Shown here: piece after piece, positions 58,670-64,000 of the stretch | How the letters are laid out: every line of letters begins with the position of its first letter | Numbering within the stretch: position 1 is the stretch's first letter | Assembly: GCA_030770535.1 (NCBI GenBank) | Contig: JASVEC010000021.1 | Span: 744,001 to 808,000, forward strand | From: Batkoa obscura | Taxonomy: Eukaryota | Direction: 5' to 3' | Length of the DNA stretch: 64,000 nt | The notes under the pieces: model-generated | Database searches by the model: none | Seen by the model: only the letters and a program-made list of their open reading frames with translations | Told to the model about the DNA's origin: nothing | Translations under genes and position numbers: made by a program

Positions 58670-59356
58670 AAACCCCAGATCTAAAAGCTAGGTTGATCTG
58701 GATACTAGATCAAAATTTTTGTTTTGTATTGTATGAGTTTATAGCTACTATTTCTTAATTTATATATGATGAAACCAATTATTAATCACTTTTAAAAGTT
58801 AATATTATGTATACTTTAAGTACTTATCGTTACTGTTAGAACTACATTTAATTTGATGAAGGTACTATTAAGTTTCTACTTTAAAAAATCAATCTTCATA
58901 TAACTAAATTACCATTATCTTAAACCAAAAAGCTTATATTCACACCTTTAAATGAATTTACTATATAAAGAATAGCATGTAACTTCTGATACTTTTAATA
59001 AACAAAAATACCATCAAACTAAACTAAATAACATGTGGTTGTCAAAACAACAAATAATATACAATCTAAATAACATCAAATGGTAAACTACTATCTATCT
59101 AAGCTTATAATTAAAATTAAACGTGTTATTTTATTCTTTTAAAGTTGTTAATTTATCATGAATAATAGTTTTTAATCTTTTTTATATATTAAAGAAATTG
59201 TGGAGCATATTAAAATAATTGAAGTTAGAAAATTTTCAGAATAAGGAATAAGGAATAAAACATTTTTTGTGAATCTTACTTATCAGATAGCATTAGGTGA
59301 ACGTATTAATATAATTGTTTAAAATAAATGTTTTGAGATTAGTTAGTAACCTCAAA

Positions 59357-61687
59357 TTAATCAACATATAAATTTATCGCTGACATTGAAATCACACTTC
59401 CTCCTGGTGTAATCCCTTTAACCGATTCAAATGCCATCTGTACATCATCATCCGAATTGATTGTAATAAAATCATTATCTTCATCGCGGTAACGCATTCT
59501 AAATCCAGATGAAAGATCTTCCATCTTATTACCTCTTCTGCCTCCACAGAGCCTTAATTTTCTTTCTACTTTATCGGAAAGCTCCTCAAAATCAATCGAA
59601 CTAGGTACCATAATGATAAATACATCATCTAAGTAATTGATCTTAACTTTCGTTTGGCTCGCTGTTCTATTAAGAGAAGACATCGGCCTAACATTGTTGC
59701 CATGGGGGATGTAGCCATTCATACTAACGTTATGGCTTGCACCATTACCATTGCTAGTTCTAGGTGAGTGTCCGTTTGTTTGTGTAGGCTCCCAATTACC
59801 ATTAGGGCTACGTACAGCATGGATATTTGGGCTACTAGCACTTCTGTTACGAAATGAGTTGTTAGGAGAAAGCTCATCCCTCATTGATTTCGGGATTGCT
59901 GGCAATGGGGCATGCTGTAATTTGTTCACTTGATTGTCATCTGCTGATATTGAATTAAGGTGACCTTTGCTATCATTTTTATTTGGACTACTCGCTTTGT
60001 TTTTGGCAATGAGTTGATCTAGCAAAGGTTTCCATAATCTCACCTGTTCCTCATTACGGCATTTAAGTATTAAAATTTGCATACCTTCTGAACGCCAATA
60101 TAATCTAAGAAAAATCTCACCTTCAATTGTTCTTTCTGCTACCTTTGCTAAGCTTTCCATTGGAATCTCACCTCTCAATTCAAGTGGTGGTCCAGTTACC
60201 TTCTTACTCAACTGCTTTGCTTTTTTAGATGTTGAACTTAATTCCTTGCAACATAAAATTATCTCTTCAAACATAAATATATACATCTCTCTCTCTTTTT
60301 GATCTTTACCAACCACCATAAATTTATCATTTTGTAAAAGTTCTCCAAAATCCTCAATGGATAGCTGGTCCCAGTTTACTACTCGATGTTTAAGATCAAC
60401 AGTCAAATTAGCATTCTCTTCTTTTCTCCTCATCTCATTTACTTTTGCTGCTACTCTTTCAATTGCTTCCATACCAAGCTTCAATTCTTGAAAATATGGA
60501 TATTCTTCTTCAGAAGTATATCTAATAAGTTCTCTTAGCAATAATGGATATTTACAAATTCTTTGGATAGGTTTAATAAGTAAAGAAGGTAGCTCATAAG
60601 TGGGTTCGACGATATGGGCCAATGGCTAAATATTTAATCAAAAAATACTTTAAATATGTAATTTTGTTACCATTAAATTAGGTGCTTCTCTAACAGCAAG
60701 GTCTGAGGCATGACCATAGTTGGCACAAAAGGGTTCATAAACTGAAAAAGCTTCTTCCTAAAGCTATTTAATAAATCATGAAATAGTTATAAAGGTAATT
60801 TACCATTGTTTGAAACAAACCACCAACACGTTGTTCGGCGGGAGCTAAGATAGCATTACACTCAACACCAATTAAAAATCTGCGTTGAAAATCCAAAAGG
60901 CTATGCAAATTAGCAAATAAATATCTTATTGTTTCTGGTGATATCACTTTTGAATTTTGGCACTCAACCATATATTCCTAACAAAATTAAACTTTGAGCC
61001 CATCAAACTATATTGAAGTCTTACTTGTAGCTTTTCCAAATCTTGAATATATTTGCGTTCCGTTTCTAACATTTCTCTAATTACTTTACCACGATTATCC
61101 GAAGCGTCTACTTTATTTCCATTTAAATTTAAATGCGATGTATCAATCAATTTGTTCTCTTCAATGCGATCCAAAAGTAAAGACGCTGTTTTAAGTACCT
61201 AAAAAAACCATTAAAATATTTAAAACCACTATAATTGATAGCTTACTTTGATAAAGGCGTTAGTATCGTCTTTAAAAAGATCCGTTATAGTAAAACAATC
61301 ATCTTCTTTAAGATCAAGTGTTTCTTTACAATTCAACAAAAATCTATAAACCAATGCTTTTGATGCATTTGTTGTCACTTCTGCACTGGGTGGATAAATA
61401 CTCTGTGGGTTATCCGGGCATAAGAAATTATACATTTTAGTTAACGGACTGCCTTGACGAAACGTTTTCCAAAGTAAATTAACTGGATCAATTCCCATAA
61501 TGGGGTTATAAGCGTCATCTTGTTCTAATTGTTCTTTTGCAATGTTAAGATATTCTTCAATATCTGGGATACATTTAAGACGTTGAATAATGTTATTACA
61601 TAATTGAAAAATAGAGGTTGGCCCAGTAGGGACCATAGGTTTCACTTGGGTAGGTAAATCACTGCTTAGCATTTCCTGACTTGACAT
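59357..61687 (-). CDS. CDC24: Cdc42 guanine nucleotide exchange factor (CH-DH-PH-PB1)
   Basis: DPVNLLWKTFRQGSPL (CH), EMLETERKYIQDLE and LIKPIQRICKYPLLLREL (DH), PH domain, and YRDEDNDFITINSDDDV (PB1). Confidence 0.97.
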
Positions 61688-62544
61688 TTATTTCAAAAAA
61701 TAAACTGATAGTATTTTTTTAAGCAAGCTTTGGCCTTTGTTGAATAGCGGGTTTAAAATACAATAGTCACAGTTATTGGACGATATAGTTTTGGACTCCA
61801 AAGTTTAAGTTAATGATTTGTGGAAATTGGATCTGAGTTACCAATCAAATAAGGACCATTTTTAGGCTATGGTTTAAAAAAATAGAAACTTGGAGATAAC
61901 TTGGTCATGTTTGGTAGCTGTTTACTTTTTTTAGAAGGTGGCTTAAATAATTTGAGGTCATTTTATGAAATTTAAATTTGAATTTCGTCATATTTTTATA
62001 TTCTAAGCATAATTTCCACTTTTAAATCTATTGATAATTAAATTAATATCAACTTTATATTCAAATATTACCTCACACTAAAACTGAGATAGTTTTATGT
62101 TAATTTAACACTATTGATATTAATATTAATAGGAAAATCATCGATTTTTCATTTTTATATTAAACTATTTAATAATTTATTTTAGTTTTATAGAAAATAA
62201 GAATGTAAGCATACATTGATTAAAATTCTAAAAATCTTGGACTATTAAATTATTAAATTATCAAATTATTAAACTATTAGATTAGAAATTTAAACTATAA
62301 GTGCCTAAAATTGTTTTATTTAAGATGGTTTTCATAGCAGTATTAAGATGAGCAGAACCTATTTGAAACTTCTGATTGCATACATTTATTAAATCATTTA
62401 AAAGTGAATATCATTTTATAATAATAAAATTATTGTTATTTTGTCATTTTTTTAAATCCTTATTTTCAACTTAATTTTAAAAACAGAATCCAGCCCCCTA
62501 TAAAACCTCAAAATTTAAACTCATTAGCCACATTTTTACTTTAA

Positions 62545-64000
62545 ATGGAAGAGGTTGCACATAACACATCTAGCCAAGAAGTAACCGAAGAAGATATAGA
62601 AAGCAACTTAGAATCTCAACATTTTAATGAAGTGATTCAAAGCTTTCAGCATTATGGTCATTATTACCTTCACAACCTATTAAAAAAGAAGCAAGATTTT
62701 GAAAACCTGGTTACAGATAGTTTACAAAAAGAAACGATTTCTGATATATATAATTATAAAATTCAAAAAGTAGCCCAAGGTATTAAGTTGAATGCAGGAT
62801 TTTTGAATTTAATCACTGAAGACCATCACATATTTCAAAACGAATTTCATAGTGATATTAAAGAAGTAAGCGTTCTTTTTAAAAAAATATGATTTTTAAA
62901 ATTTTAGAATGTTGATTAATGTATTATTAAGATAAATGGAGGCTATTCACCAACAATAGAAAATATGGATAGGGTGAGTATTACAATAAAAATGATTGTT
63001 AGAGACTGGTCAAAGCTTGTAAGTGAATTAAAGTTTCTTAATATTTATTTTAACAAATGTGTAAATCAAATAGGGAGAAATTGAAAGAAAATTAACATAC
63101 GAGCCAATCAAGGATTGTTTAGAAGCTCATTTTAAAGATTACTCTAACGAAAAAAGACATAAATTAAAAGTATTGGTACCAGGAGCAGGTTTAGGCAGAT
63201 TGGCGTATGAAATTGCTACATTGGGTAAGCTGAAATTGATAATACTAGAGTGATATAGCTAATTTACTTTTTTAGGCTTCAGTGTACAAGGTTAGAAAAA
63301 TATAGTAATTAGGTTATAAAGATTTGACATTTTTTATTAATTTAAAGGGAATGAGTTTTCTTATTTTATGGTAATTTAATTGTAATTGGAAGTTTATCTA
63401 GCTTATTCTGGTATTTTTATTTCTAATTAGTTATTGGCATCTTCATTTATGCTTAACAAGTAAGCTATTACTCATAGTAAAGTAAAAGTTTATTTCTATT
63501 TAAATCATAGGTCCCATCAAATAGAGTGTTATGATTTATATCCTTATGTAACGAATTTTTCCAACCATTTGAGTATCGAGGATTTAATTAAAGGGATCAA
63601 AGTACCTGATATTTTACCTCACGGACTTTTGCCAAATGTCGACTTTTCAATGGCAGCTGGTGATTTTGTGGAAGTGTATACAAAAGAAGAACAACTTGGT
63701 AGGTTTATTATAAACTGGTAATCTAGTTTTTTAACTTTTTAATACTATTATTAGAATCTTGGAATTCAGTAGTCACCTGTTTTTTTATAGATACAGCCAA
63801 GAATGTATTAGATTATATACAGATCATCTTTAATTTATTAAAACCAGGAGGGATTTGGATAAACATAGGTAAACGATAGAGTAAATGACTAAGCTATTTA
63901 ATATACTATTTTTTTACCAGGCCCTTTATTGTATCATTTTGAAGAGATAAGTAGTGAGCATTCAATTGAATTAACTTATGAAGAACTCCGGTTGTTTATT
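62545..64000 (+). CDS. CARNMT1: Carnosine N-methyltransferase (N2227-like); runs off the window
   Basis: [58 protein letters not shown] and [15 protein letters not shown]. Confidence 0.93.

Overview
Very AT-rich eukaryotic genomic DNA with many short (about 40-60 nt) GT-AG introns. Gene content (Cdc24, Ade8, Bfr1, Rgd2-type GAP, Env7, Pet191, a Cullin-2-like cullin, an ELM1-like protein, kelch-repeat membrane proteins, a cAMP-receptor-like GPCR) points to an early-diverging fungus, plausibly Zoopagomycota/Entomophthorales (inference only). About 19 protein-coding genes are recognisable, plus several decayed pseudogenes. The clearest non-coding structure is a high-copy, about 97-bp hairpin MITE family (termini GRGGATGT...ACATCCYC, 4-bp RWWT target-site duplications) with 13 or more copies. 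One copy has its empty site preserved in a 0.6-kb duplication, one is nested in another, and the element carries an internal GT-TACTAAC-AG mini-intron-like motif. Other points of interest are a CUL2-type cullin, a fungal ELM1 homologue, an HTH-like plus atypical SET-domain protein and an ADA1 gene with two apparent frameshifts. No rRNA, tRNA or CRISPR was seen. Exon boundaries were read by eye and no database searches were run.
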